Shown in pieces: positions 41,108-53,754 of a stretch of DNA of 64,000 bases. The position numbers were made by a program, and so were the translations under genes. Each line of letters starts with the position of its first letter. Position 1 is the first letter of the stretch. The stretch comes from Octopus vulgaris (Eukaryota): the NCBI GenBank assembly GCA_951406725.2, contig OX597824.1:69006001-69070000 (forward strand), in the 5' to 3' direction. The notes below the pieces were generated by a model. It was not told where the DNA came from. It did not search any database and saw only the letters and a list, made by a program, of their open reading frames with translations.

Positions 41108-42028
41108 TATTGGGTCGTCCCATAAATAATTAAGTTTTTTCAGTTGCATGAAATAAAAGTCGGACGTGGTCGGGATAAACAACCTGCATCAACTTGCTAT
41201 AAAAGCAGGTAGTAATTTTACCGTGTCCTTATTCTTAGTGCAAGTTTTGAAGAATGCAGTTCGATTTTAACAGTTATTTTTTCAAAGCTGTAATGGAAGT
41301 GACAAAGGAGCATATTCGGCATATTTTGCTTTATGAGTTCAATAAAGGCAACAACGCAATGGAAAGTGCGAGGAATATTAATGCAGTATATGGGGATGGG
41401 ACAATAAACATAAGCCAGTGTCAACGGTGGTTCCAGAAATTCCGAGCCGGAAACTACAGCCTGGAAGACGAGCCTCGTCTTGGAAGATTTATAGAGCTCG
41501 ACGAGGATGTCTTGCAACCCTGGTGGAACAAAATCCCATCATAACTGTTCTGGAACTAGTAGAAGAGCTTGGGTTTGGCCATTCAACCCTTCATTCAAGT
41601 CAGCGCTGCAAGAAAAACGACCATCTTTGGTTTCAAGACAAAAGGTATTCTTCCATCAGGATAATGCTCGGCCACATATAACGAGGATGACAGTCCAAAG
41701 GCTGGAGCAGTTTGAATGGGAGACGGTGCCCCACCCACCATAAGCCGGACATTGTCCCATCTGATTATCATGTATTCTGCAGTCTTCAAAACCATTTCGA
41801 TGGAAACAATATGAATTCTGTAGACGAGGTCAGAACAGTAGTGGAAGAGTATTTTTCGTCGCGGATAAGTGAATTTTGGAAGAGTGACCTTGCAAGTCTA
41901 CCAGATAGATGGAAGAGCATTGTAGAAAATGAAGGAGAGTATATTTTACATTAAAAAAGAACTTTGTTTATCTTAATTTTCAAAAATCTAAGTATAAAAG
42001 AACAGCATTATTTATGGGATAACCCATA
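41108..42028 (+). mobile_element. Mariner (DD34D) transposon with both TIRs, internally deleted
   Basis: Left TA-TTGGGTCGTCCCATAAATAAT and right ATTATTTATGGGATAACCCA-TA. Peptides MEVTKEHIRHILLYEF...WFQKFRAGNYSLEDEPR and FFHQDNARPH...PDIVPSDYH. The WVPHEL and first-D region is missing. Confidence 0.93.
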
Positions 42029-42493
42029 TTTTGGATGGGATATTGTGTTTCTTTTTCTGTTTATGCAAACTGTCAAATTTAATTTATAAAAGTCAATATA
42101 TTAGTAATTGCTTACTTATGTATTGTTTTGTTTATCCGTCTTCTATCACCGTGTTTACGATTTATAGTATTGTGACTGGTATTCCGGGTACAAACACTTA
42201 TGTTTGTATAAACGCAGATAGCATTACATCATATTTTATAATACTGTTTCACAACATTGAATTAGTGGTCCTGCCTTAAAGTAACAAAACTACGTAGGTA
42301 CTCGACTGGTAGCTGACTAGAGAAGTTGTTTAGTTGATTTAAATATCTTTTTGGTCAGTATTTCGATTGCTCTGACTGTGTTTTTTTTTTGGTTTGTTAT
42401 GCATACCGAATACTGGTTCTTCCTTTCTTTTGTTGTTTCTCTATAGGATGCGTCTGCTTATATAACAGTTACGAAGCATACCACACACATATG

Positions 42494-42598
<105 letters not shown>

Positions 42599-42642
42599 TT
42601 ACATATAATCATTATCTCTAAATAGATATGTATATATTTATG

Positions 42643-43870
42643 CAGGGTCTTGCAGATAAATTGAGACCAATTTTAAGCAGTTGAATTAGTGGGTTTAATA
42701 TTGCATTTTTTTTGACAAATCTTGTTTGCTTCAAAATCTAATCTTTCTCTATATTTTTCAGGTAAATAGCGAACTGATTCGACAACAGAAAGTCATGGAA
42801 CAATAGAACCGTTCCTCCATCGTTGTTTTGGCGCGCACAGGGCACACTGTTAATAAAATTAAGTTGACAAAACCTCCAAAAGTATCAGTTTATCGCATGT
42901 ATAAACAATTTAAAGAGAGAGAAAGGTTGATAGAAAGGAACACAAGACACTAATTGATTCCAAGTGCAATCCAAATTTTTCGCTGGCCTCAAACGCTTGA
43001 TTGAAGCCAGACCATCCACATCCATGACAGCTCTTGCAACGAAATACAATGTGTCCCTTTCCATTTTGTCCCAAGCTGTAAACAGGAACCTTGGCATAAC
43101 TAGCTATGTTTGATGATGCCGTCACCGCCTAACAGCCAAAGCCAAAAGCAATCAAAGACTTGAAATGCCCAAAGCTTCTGTCATTTCTCAGCATCAAGGT
43201 GCAAGAAAAATTCACGTGTTTATGGACGAGAAGAAATTCACTGTGGACGATGAGGTGAAACGCAGAAATTCTCGAGTGATTGCATACACCCACTGTGTTT
43301 GAGACTAAGAATCCTGCTTCTGGAGCCGTAGTGAGTGATGGAAGTGTCACGGATCTACACTTCAATGAGTTTAGCTTGAAGACCGGCACAAAGGAATATC
43401 TGGACATCCTGAAGAGCTCTCTGTTACCTTGGAAGGAGCAGAAGTTTGGGCTTGACAATGTGGTGCTTATCCAGGATTCTGTACCATGTCATTAGCCAAA
43501 AACAGCACAGGCCTTCCTTGCTGAGAAGGTGCTATTTTTTGTGATCCTAGATCTCAACCTTCTCTGTTACTTTTTATGGGGCGTACCTCAAGCAAAGACT
43601 AATGATTCACCACACTCGAGTGTCAACAATTTGAGGAACTGCATCGTGCCTGGGTCACACAAAGTCAAAAGGAGTGGAGCTGTGGCAGTAGCAAAAATAT
43701 TTCGTTCTCATGTGGAGGCAGTAGTTGCCCAAAAGGGCAGCCATATTGAATGATAAATGTTTTTACTGTAATAAATATTACATTAAAATTATATATGCCT
43801 ACTACCATTATTTTAGTATTCATAACCAGTTTTACGCATCGTAAAAATTGTCTGTTTACCTGCAAGACTG
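42643..43870 (+). mobile_element. Near full-length, decayed DD37D/maT-like transposon
   Basis: TIR-like ends CAGGGTCTTGCAGATAAA and TTTACCTGCAAGACTG-TA. Peptides VFMDEKKFTVD..RRNSRVIA, VLIQDSVPCH, DLNLLCYFLWG, EAVVAQKGSHIE*, with multiple stops. Confidence 0.85.
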
Positions 43871-44514
43871 TATACAAACACACACACATTTATATATTCG
43901 TATATACGTTTACGCATACATATGTACACACACATATATACATACATAAACATACATAAGCAAATATATGCGTGTTTGTGTGTGGGGATGTGCATATGTC
44001 TGTGTGTGAATGTTTGCGTATAAATCAATATAGGAAAATAACATCCTCCCTCGCAAACTGTGGTATTTGAAGTCTCTGAACATTTCGCTTACTTTTTGCC
44101 TGATGCTCATTTGTAGGCTTTATAACAATTAAAGTGTGATACTTCTGTCACACAAACGCATGCTTCTAGTTTACGTCACAATATATAGATTCAAGTAATC
44201 CGGTAGTACTCGTAAAAAAAAAGCTCCTTAATGTATCATTGTACAAAGCATATAGAATATATAATATGATACAAGAGAAAAGGATAAGGAGTATATAAAG
44301 TCATAAATGACAGAGAAATAGTTTCAGGAAATGTTTTTTAACAATAGCAAAATTCTAATAACACGACAAATTGTTTCGTAACTTAAAAACTTGTAAATAA
44401 TTTATATTATTATATTTAACGATAAATAAATTACTTACATGTTTGATGTCGTAGCTTAAATTATGCATTATTTTGGAGGATCTTTTGCCTTTTCCATTAA
44501 TGCACACATTGACA

Positions 44515-44800
44515 CCGAAAGTCGACTAGGTGGAATTTGAACTCAGAACGTAAATTCTGACGATATGTTGCTAAGCTTTCTGCCCGGCGTGCTAACGATT
44601 CTATTAACGCGTCGCCTTAGAATATACTGTAATATTGTTTGCTACGATAGGCACAAGGCCTGGAATTTGAAGGAGGGGATTAGTCGATTACATCGATCCT
44701 AGTGTACAAATGGCTCCTAATTTATTAACCACAAAAGGATGGAAGTCAATCTTGGCTTCGGCAGAATTTGAAATTGAAACGTATGACAGACGAAATACCG
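44515..44800 (-). mobile_element. Two decayed SINE family B copies
   Basis: GGAATTTGAACTCAGAACG...GGCGTGCTAACGATTC, and GGCACAAGGCCTGGAATTTG...AGTCGATTACATCGA. Confidence 0.7.
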
Positions 44801-45030
44801 CAATCGATTCTTCGAGAATATGCCGTAATATTACTGAGAAAAATTGCTGTGCTTATCAGAATTGGTAAAATACAGAGCAAATCAGCTTCGATATTTTGTT
44901 AGGTCCATTACATTCTGAGTTCAAATAGCACTGGTAGTCAACTTTACTGACTTTCGTTCTAATGATTGCAATGGGTGTTAAACTTGCTGTGGTAGTTTTT
45001 CGTTGATTGCATTATTACTGTTGTTGTAAA

Positions 45031-45232
45031 AGCGGCGAGCTGGCAGAATCATTAGCACGTTGGACGAAATGCTGAGCGGTATTTCGCCCGTCGCTATGTT
45101 CAAATTCCGCGGTGGCCGACTTTATCTTTCATCCTTTCGGGGATCGATAAAATAAGTACCAGTTGAGCACTGGGCTCGATGTAATCGACTTACACCCCTC
45201 CCCCAAATTTTAGGCCTTGTGCCTATAGCAGA

Positions 45233-45236
<4 letters not shown>
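45031..45236 (+). mobile_element. SINE family B copy
   Basis: A box TGGCAGAATC, B box GTTCAAATTCC, body CTTTCATCCTTTCGGGGATCGATAAAATAAGTACCAG, and a (TTA)n tail. Confidence 0.85.
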
Positions 45237-45304
<68 letters not shown>

Positions 45305-45305
<1 letters not shown>

Positions 45306-45701
45306 CTCTTTTTCTTTTACTTGTTTCATTAATTTGACTTCGGCCATTGGAGCACCGCCTTAGTCGAGCAAATCGACCCCGGACTTATTAAGCCCAGTAC
45401 TTATTCTATCGGTCTCTTCTGCCGAACCGCTAAGTGACGGGGACGTAAACACACCAGCATCGGTTGTCAAGCAATGCTAGGGGGACAAACACAGATACAC
45501 AAACACATACACACACATACATATATATATATACATATATACGACAGGCTTCTTTCAGTTTCCGTCTACAAAATCCACTAACAAGGCATTGGCCGGCCCG
45601 GGGCAATAGCAGAAGACACTTGCCCAAGATGCCACGCAGTGGGATGAACCCGGAACCATGTGGTTGGTTACAGCTATTTACCACACAGCCACTCCTGCGC
45701 C
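45305..45701 (-). mobile_element. SINE family A copy inserted in (TTA)n
   Basis: Reverse complement of the family A consensus, flanked by (TTA)n on both sides. Confidence 0.9.
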
Positions 45702-45773
<72 letters not shown>

Positions 45774-45774
<1 letters not shown>

Positions 45775-45985
45775 GGCGGCGAGTTGGATCAATCGTTAGC
45801 ACGCAGGGCGAAATGCTTAGTGGTATTTCGTCTGCTGCTACGTTCTGAGTTCAAATTCCGCCGAGGTCGACTTTGCCTTTCATCTTTCCGGGGTCGATAA
45901 ATGAAGTACCGGTGAAACACTGGAGTCAATGTAATCGAGTAGTGCCCTCCTCCAAAATTTCAGGCCTTGTGCCTTTAGTAGAAAG
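45774..45985 (+). mobile_element. SINE family B copy
   Basis: GGCGGCGAGTTGG...GAGTTCAAATTCCGCCGAGGTCGACTTTGCCTTTCATC...CAGGCCTTGTGCC. Confidence 0.85.
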
Positions 45986-46004
45986 CTACTATTGTAGCGC
46001 TTAT

Positions 46005-46306
46005 GTGGAGGCACATGGCCTAGTGGTTAGAGCAGCGGACTCGCGGTCGAGGAATCGTGGTTTCGAATCTCAGATCGGGTAATGTATGTATTTATGAACG
46101 AAACACCTAAGCTCCACGCGGCTCCAGCAGAAGGTAATGGTGAACTTCTGCTGACTCTTTCGCCACAACTTTCTCTCACTCTTTCCTCCTGTATCTTGCA
46201 GCTCACCTGCGACGGACCTGTGTCCCGTCCAGGTGGGGAATCTATACGCCAAGGAAACCAGGAAACCGGCCCTTATGAGCCAGGTGTGACTCGAGAAGGA
46301 AGAAAC
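46005..46306 (+). mobile_element. SINE family C, tail type 3
   Basis: Family C head/body, then CCTGCGACGGACCTGTGTCCCGTCCAGG...GAAACCGGCCCTTATGAGCC. TSD TATTGTAGCGCTTAT (45990-46004) versus TACTGTAGTGCTTAT (46307-46321). Confidence 0.85.
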
Positions 46307-47429
46307 TACTGTAGTGCTTATATTATTAATGGCATGTTGCAAGGCGACAAGCTAGAAGAATTGTTACTGCGTCGTGCAAAATGCATAGCAACATTTCTTC
46401 TGACTATACGTTCCGCATTCAAATGCCGCCGCGGTTGATTTTGCCTTTCATCCTTTCGGGGTCGGTAAAATAAGTACCAGTTGAGCAGTGGGAGCGATAT
46501 AATCGACTTACTCTCCTTTTCCCGAAATTACTGCCCCGAAATTATCATTAATGACAAGCTGGCAAAATTTTTTTTATATCAACTCCAATTCTTGATTAAT
46601 ACTTTTTTTTTTATCGACCCACAATTCCTTAATGTTTAAAGGCAAATTTCACTTAAGCGTGATTTTAATAGAAAAACTAAAGAAATGAAACTAACACCCA
46701 TGGTATTTTCCATCTAACGTTTCTACCCGTAAATGATTGTTTCCCAATTTCGAATAATGATCACCGTTATTCAGATTTCTGTCGGAAATTGTCTCCCTAT
46801 AACAAATTCTAATATATTTGCATCCACCCATTTACACCACTCAGAACTCATACACATTCCAAAATCTTCGGTTCTCTAATTACTTTGTCCACCTACGCGT
46901 ACTCAATTCAGTCAACCGTGAACACCAGGTTTCTGACTGATTCTCCATCGCTCTATTTGTCTGTCTGTTTATTTCCTTGTCTGTCTGTTGGTCTGTTTCT
47001 CTTTCTCTACAGTCACTCTCTCTTTTCCCCTCTGTCTGCTTGTTTGCCTTCTCTGTCTGACTGTCTGTCTCTCTGTCTGTCAGTCTATCTGCCTGCCTGT
47101 CTGTCTCTCCTTCTCTCTCTCTTTCCCCCTCTCTCTCTCGCACACTCACACACACACACATTCAAATACACGTACGTACAACCATGCACACGCATATACA
47201 CACCCTCATTCATATTTATTTGTTCCCATTTTTTCTTTGAGTCTTACCCACATTTTAGCCCTGATACTTCCATTTTTCTGTTTACCTATCAGCCGTTCAT
47301 CTCGTCTTATCTCTCTCTCTCTCTCCCTCTCTCTTTCTCTTTTCTCTCTCTCTCTCTCTTTTTCTCTCTCTCTGTCTCTCTGTCTCTCTGTCTCTCTCTC
47401 TTTCCCTTTCTATCTCCCTCTAACCCTCA

Positions 47430-48255
47430 AGCAGGATCTAAAAGCTGTCAGAGAAAAACTCCAACATCAGAAGAAAATAACCGAGAGAAGAACAATAAAG
47501 AAAAAATTTAACCGGAACTGGGCAGCAGTATACAGAGACATGAGAGGAGGAGCAGTGAACATCACAGAAACTCCTTCACGAGAAAACATACTCTTTCTGG
47601 AGGAAAATCTGGAGTGAAGAGGTGTTTAACCAAGATGCTCTGTGGCTGGAAGAAATCTGAAGAAGTTATTGCTTTTGCTTTACATCCAAGACATACAACA
47701 TCGATGGTATTACCCTTGTAACTGTGATCCAGAAACTTCAGGGTGGAAAAGCACATGGAAAAGACTTGATTGTTGGATATTGGTACAAAAAGCTAACCTT
47801 CTACGGACCATATCTTATCAATCTGTACCAGCAAGCTCTCAATGGGAACAGTAGCATACCGTACTGGCTAGCTCTGGCAGAGTCAACATTGATGCCCAAA
47901 TGCAGAACCACACAAATGGTAAAAAGCTACCGGCCAATTGCATGCGAGAACTTAATGTATAAGATATATTACAGCGTGCTTAAACCTCTTTCTCCAGGAC
48001 TATTGTGAAGCCAACATCATCACAACAGAACAAGCAGCTGGGGAGAAGGGAGATTGGGGATGTACCGAGAAATTGTGAATAAACAAAATTGTGATGCCAG
48101 AGGTGCGAGAGCATAGGAGGAACCTAGTTTCAATGTGGTTAGACTACAAGAAAGCCTTTGACTCTGTTCCCAACTCACAGATGCTAGAAGCCCTTCAACT
48201 TGCTAAAGTTCCAGTGAGAATAGTCAAAGTCATAGTTCACCTGATTTCCTTGTCG
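47430..48255 (+). mobile_element. R4/Dong-clade LINE reverse transcriptase fragment (pseudogene)
   Basis: KAHGKDLIVGYWYKKL...IPYWL...TLMPK...SYRPIACENLMYK, then EQAAGEKGDWGC, then NLVSMWLDYKKAFDSVP (RT domains 0-3). Frameshifts are present. Confidence 0.9.
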
Positions 48256-48257
48256 AT

Positions 48258-48290
<33 letters not shown>

Positions 48291-48401
48291 ACATACACAC
48301 ACACACACATATATGTATGTATATATACAAATGCATGTGTATATATGCATTCATGTGTGAATGTATGTATATATATGAGTGTGTTTATGTGTGTGCGTGT
48401 T

Positions 48402-48434
<33 letters not shown>

Positions 48435-48891
48435 ATGTGTGTGTTTGTGTGTGTGTGTATGATGAATTTTGAACTCGCACCGACGTCGAGCTGCCCTGGT
48501 ATCACATAAAATTGTGCGCCTTTGTCACAGAACGGACGGAGTGAAAATAACAGAGCAACTTAGTATTCTGACTAATAGGGGATTTAGTATTGATTTATGC
48601 CGCATGATGTGTCTATCTTTAGGCACATTACCAAACTGACCTTTTAATGAAGAGTTCTCACAGGCCGAACCCCATGAAAATTTCTCCACAAGAGCACCAG
48701 TTGTTATAATGAATTTCTGGAATATAGCTGAGAGTCATCGATCTGTATCTACGAGAACTTGGTGAAGTTAAAGGAGCAGTAGAGTAGAAGAGGTAAAAAG
48801 AAATAAGTATTTGGAAGCTTACTGGCAAGCACGCTGGTCGAGTAGGCACGCTGCAGCCGTGCTAAGATGGTGCCTTAAAGATGAAGAACAT

Positions 48892-49054
48892 AGGCGCAGG
48901 AGTGGCTGTGTGGTAAATAGCTTGCTTACCAACCACATGGTTCCGGGTTCAGTCCCACTGCGTGGCAACTTGAGCAAGTGTCTTCTACTATAGCCTCAGG
49001 CTGACCAAAGCCTTGTGAGTGGATTTGGTAGACGGAAACTGAAAGAAGCCCGTC

Positions 49055-49130
<76 letters not shown>

Positions 49131-49341
49131 GCGTGTTTGTGTGTCTGTGTTTGTCCTCCCAACATCGCTTGACAGCCGATGGTGGTGTGTTTACGTCCCC
49201 GTCACTTAGCGGTTCGGCAAACAGAGACTGATAGAATAAGTACTAGGCTTACAAATACTAAGTCCTGGGGTCGATTTACTCGACTAAAGGCGGTGCTCCA
49301 GCATGGCTGCAGTCAAAATAACTGAGACAAGTAAAAGAGTA
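48892..49341 (+). mobile_element. SINE family A, full-length reference copy (tRNA head, CORE-like segment, internal (TA)n(TG)n, GAGTAAAA tail)
   Basis: A box TGGCTGTGTGG, B box GGTTCAGTCC, CORE-like CAACTTGAGCAAGTGTCTTCTACTATAGCCTCAG. At least 14 related copies are present in the window. Confidence 0.92.
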
Positions 49342-49913
49342 ACTAAATATCCAGCTAAATCAGAATTCCAGAAGAGTTCCAAAAGACAAGATAGTGGAAC
49401 TCGCCCAATTTAATTGCATATAGCGTCCTAAGGCGCTATATGCAAAGCTCACTTTCTCAATCATTCTGTCTGTCTCTCTTTCTATTTGGATCTCTTCTTT
49501 TTTTAGAATGCACTTCTCCTTCTTTTCCCCACCCTGTTACATTTCTTTCTGTTTTGAGATCTCATCCAAGTTCTCAGTGCTTTGTGTAACTGTCTGTTAT
49601 TTCTCTCCTCTTACCGGAGATATTGTTCGAACAACTAACTTTCTGAAACTACATTTTCTAGTGTTGCACGTGTGTAGTTATTTTGTGTTGTTTTCTTGTT
49701 TTATTTAGACTACAAAAGAAGACTTTTTTCTTCTCTTCATCCCGTCTGCGAAAACTCTAGATATCATCTTCAGCGTAATACATCCTTATAAAACTTTCTA
49801 ATGGTTGCCTGAACGGGCAATACTTCTGTCAACAAGCGTCGAAAGTGTAGTGAGCCCACGTAGACAGTTGAGGAAGGCAATTTTCACATACATACATTCA
49901 TACACATATACAT

Positions 49914-49952
<39 letters not shown>

Positions 49953-50114
49953 CATACACACATATATATATAACGGAGATGTACTCGCATAGCAAGTGAC
50001 TTGATCTGAGATCGTGTGCTGAAACAAAAACAATTGCAGCGTGGAAGATGTTTGTAAGCCATTCCAGAACACACAAAGACCGTTAGATTCAAATCAACAT
50101 TTAAATTTAATTTC

Positions 50115-50161
50115 TGCCAAAATATTTTCGTCGCGTTGAAACCGCGACCTGTTCACTGACA
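50115..50161 (-). ncRNA. Minimal type-I hammerhead-like motif, G3:C8 core variant
   Basis: UGUCA-GUGAACA-G-GUCGCG-GUUUCAA-CGCGAC-GAA-AAUAUU-U-UGGCA. Confidence 0.7.
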
Positions 50162-50182
50162 AAACGATGCAGCACGATGTTT

Positions 50183-50229
50183 TGTCAGTGAACAGGTCGC
50201 GCTTTCAAGGCAACGAAAATATTCTGACA
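50183..50229 (+). ncRNA. Minimal type-I hammerhead-like motif, G3:C8 core variant
   Basis: UGUCA-GUGAACA-G-GUCGC-GCUUUCAAG-GCAAC-GAA-AAUAUU-C-UGACA. Confidence 0.7.
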
Positions 50230-50306
50230 CAAATAAAATATAAATGTTGAAGTGAAAGTTATGGTTTTTGTATTTTCCTAAATGACTTACAAACATCTGC
50301 AATAGT

Positions 50307-50384
<78 letters not shown>

Positions 50385-50527
50385 TGAGTGTATTTTACTT
50401 TGTTAACAATTAACACGGAAAAATAAATAAATAGTTACCAGGGCAGCAAAAATCTCACAAGTAAAGATGTTGTAACTCCTTGTTTATAAAGGTTGAAACT
50501 TCGTGTTTACGTTGAATATTTTGAATA

Positions 50528-50951
50528 ATATGAATAAAAAATGGAGTTAACGCAGGTTTAAACAAGTATTTTTACTTTCTAAATATGTTTCGAAAATTTC
50601 ACTGATACTATTCAAAAGAATAAAAGGTATAAACAATGCAATCTTCTCTTCGGGAAAGTGAACAAACGAAACTCGTCAATACGACATTTTAGCAAAAAAT
50701 GATGGATTCGTATAGCGATAGACAGAACGCTATTAATATTGTTTAAAAATATTAATAGCGTTCTGTCTATCGCTATACGAATCCATCATTTTTTGCTAAA
50801 ATGTCGTATTGACGAGTTTCGTTTTTTCACTTTCCCGAAGAGAAGATTGCATTGTTTATACCTTTTATTCTTTTGAATAGTGTCAGTGAAATTTTCGAAA
50901 TATGTAGAAAGTAAAAATACTTGTTTAAACCTGCGTTAACTCCATTTTTTA

Positions 50952-50958
<7 letters not shown>
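50528..50958. repeat. Near-perfect spacerless palindrome (~215-bp arms) with a hammerhead-like motif in each arm
   Basis: The axis lies between 50744 and 50745. The arms differ by a few substitutions, a 2-nt indel and a 1-nt bulge. The right end abuts (TA)n. Confidence 0.95.
50829..50912 (+). ncRNA. Type-I hammerhead-like motif with long stem II (U4C core); mirror copy on the minus strand at ~50574-50659
   Basis: ACUUUC-CCGAAGA-GAAGAUUGCAUUG...CAGUGAAAUUUUC-GAAA-UAUGU-A-GAAAGU. Stem I has 6 bp and stem II has 12 of 13 pairs. Confidence 0.7.
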
Positions 50959-51011
<53 letters not shown>

Positions 51012-51016
51012 TATAC

Positions 51017-51093
<77 letters not shown>

Positions 51094-51351
51094 GATATGT
51101 ATTCATAAATGTATGCATGTGTATGATTTTGTGTATGTTCATATATGCACGTATATTTATTACGTTTATGTATATATGTATATATACACATATATGAAAA
51201 TGTATATGAACATTTCTGTTTCTGTGTGTGTGTGTGTGAAAATGAATGCGCGCGTGTGTAACATATATACAGGGTGGACCAAAATTCAAGCACAAAATAA
51301 GTTCAATATGGTCCGGCATTTAAGTTTTCTGAAAGTTAATAAAAAACCAAA

Positions 51352-51556
51352 GACGGAGTGTGTGTTAAAAAGTTCCTGACTTTAGGTAAAAGAAAATACA
51401 GGAAGATGAGTTAATTATGACTTTATTCAACATGTTTATTCAACATATTTCATTCTCAGATTCACACGCATATTGCACCAGGCCTCCAGTCTTTTTTCTA
51501 AGTCCTGTAAAAGAACTCAGAAGGCTAGGCCTCTAACCAGGCATTTCACGATACTC
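51352..51556 (-). mobile_element. Mariner 3'-end fragment
   Basis: TIR-like GTGTTAAAAAGTTCC and decayed C-terminal peptide (AWLEA*PSEFF...VNLR..YVE*). Confidence 0.6.
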
Positions 51557-51882
51557 TCGAAAGAAGGACCTTTTCAGCACTCCTCTTAAAATAACGAGGA
51601 CTATTCAACGTATTTGCAAATGATGAATAAAATGAATAGTAAGGATTATAAATAAAATGATAAATGTTTTGGTGCGTGAATTTTTGCCCACCCAGTACTT
51701 TGCTACGCATTAATACGAATGTAAACGATACACACACTCTCACACACTCTCGCTAACACGCACACATTCCCACATACGCACTTACATATATATAGTTGAA
51801 AATTATAGAAAAGCAAAAGACCAAGTCAGGTGTATAGACAACAAGTAGGTGTATTAATTTCATGCTCGCGAAGGTGAGAAAG

Positions 51883-51920
51883 TCTTTTACGGTTCGAGCC
51901 TACGCTCTTCAGCAGAAAGG
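51883..51920 (-). ncRNA. Minimal hammerhead-like motif (A6C variant), same family as 37383-37420
   Basis: CCUUU-CUGCUGA-A-GAGC-GUAG-GCUC-GAA-CCGU-A-AAAG. Confidence 0.5.
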
Positions 51921-52007
51921 AACACGATGAAATAAATAGAGAGAGACACACACACGCGTAACCGTTTATGTAAAAATTTATACCACACATTGTTATCATC
52001 GGTAATT

Positions 52008-52589
52008 AAGATGGTAATGATGATGATGATGATGATGATGATGACGACGACGACGACGACGATGATGTTGATGATGATGATGATGATGATGATGATGACA
52101 GTGAAGAGGATGGAGAGAATGATGACGATGAAAATGCGAGGAGAGTTATATTAATAATAAAAATGATGGTGACGATGATGATGATGATGATGACGACGAC
52201 GACGACGACGATGATGATGATGATAATGATGATGATAATGATGATGATGATGATGATTATGGTGATGATCATGATGATCATGATGATGCTGATGACGATG
52301 ACAATGATGATGATGTTGGTGGTGTTGGTTCTTGTTGGGGTGATGGTGGTGATTGTGACGTTAATAGAGGCGGCGGTGGCGGCGGCGACAATGGTGAAGA
52401 TGACAATGAAAATAACGAAAATGGAGAGGAAGGAGAGGATAGAAGCAATGAAAATATAAAGGAGTCATATTAATAATGATGATGATGATGGTGACGATGA
52501 TGACGATGAGGACGACGGTGATGACGATGATGATGATGACGACGACGACGACGACGAAGATGACAATGTGAGGTGGGGAAGGAGGAGAG

Positions 52590-52628
<39 letters not shown>

Positions 52629-53050
52629 ACGATGACGACCACGGCGACGATTATGAGGACGACGAAGATGACGACAATGTTGAGGTGGAGTAGGAGGGGA
52701 GAGGATGATGATGACGATGAGGACGACGAAGATGACAATGTGAGGTGGGGGAGGAGGAGAGTGGATGATGATGATGATGATTACGATGACGACCACGGCG
52801 ACGATTATGAGGACGACGAAGATGACGACAATGTTGAGGTGGAGTAGGAGGGGAGGGGGATGATGATGATGATCATCATGATCCTCATCATGATCATCAT
52901 GATGACGGCGATGACGACTATGTTGAGGACGAGGAGGAGGATATGGAGGGGAACACTGATGATGATAATGATGATGATAATGATGAAGACAACACTGACG
53001 ACGATGAGGAAGACGATGACGACGACGACGATGACACGACGATAATGATA
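52008..53050. repeat. Degenerate (GAT/GAC)n tract with an internal ~150-bp tandem duplication
   Basis: GACGACGAAGATGACAATGTGAGGTGGGG...GATTACGATGACGACCACGGCGACGATTATGAGG...GTTGAGGTGGAGTAGGAGGGG occurs at ~52550-52700 and ~52720-52852. Confidence 0.85.
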
Positions 53051-53425
53051 TACATGTATGTCCTTTCATTGTTATTGTGTGTCAGAGTGAGGAAACGAAT
53101 CAGCTACTCGGACCATCAGCGGCACGAAAATCCCCACGTCCAAATCATTATGGCGGCACCAACATACACACACGCTCGCGCAACACCCACGCACACACTC
53201 GCGCACACACACACACATACGCACGCATAAGTACAACGTGTCACAAATGAAGAGAGAGGGGATAAATAATTGATTGACCACTGGTCAAATAAATTAAGAC
53301 AAACGTTGATTACTACATTACGACAATTAATATCATTTGGTGTTTTTGTTTTCGATTTTTTTTGTGTATGAGTATGTGAGTATGTGTCATTAAGGCCGCT
53401 TGCATCAAATGATATGACAGTGTTA

Positions 53426-53507
<82 letters not shown>

Positions 53508-53580
53508 TATATAATCTATAGATGAATATGATCAAAATGTTTGAATCGTATTAATGAAAACACACCGCTATATATATATA

Positions 53581-53625
<45 letters not shown>

Positions 53626-53721
53626 GTATATATATTTATATAAATATTATATATATATTATACATATACATATATATTTTATATATAAAAATGTATATGT
53701 ATATATATGCATATATATATG

Positions 53722-53754
<33 letters not shown>

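Larger units (their letters stand above)
50088..50256. repeat. Foldback element whose two arms each contain a G3:C8 hammerhead-like motif
   Basis: Arms ~50088-50165 and ~50179-50256 are reverse complements, e.g. CGCGACCTGTTCACTGACAAAAC / GTTTTGTCAGTGAACAGGTCGCG. Confidence 0.9.

Noticed and set aside
49414-49445. 14-bp hairpin TTGCATATAGCGTC/GGCGCTATATGCAA as a terminator or pre-miRNA
   Set aside because: Too short for a pre-miRNA and with no gene context. It is real but cannot be assigned.
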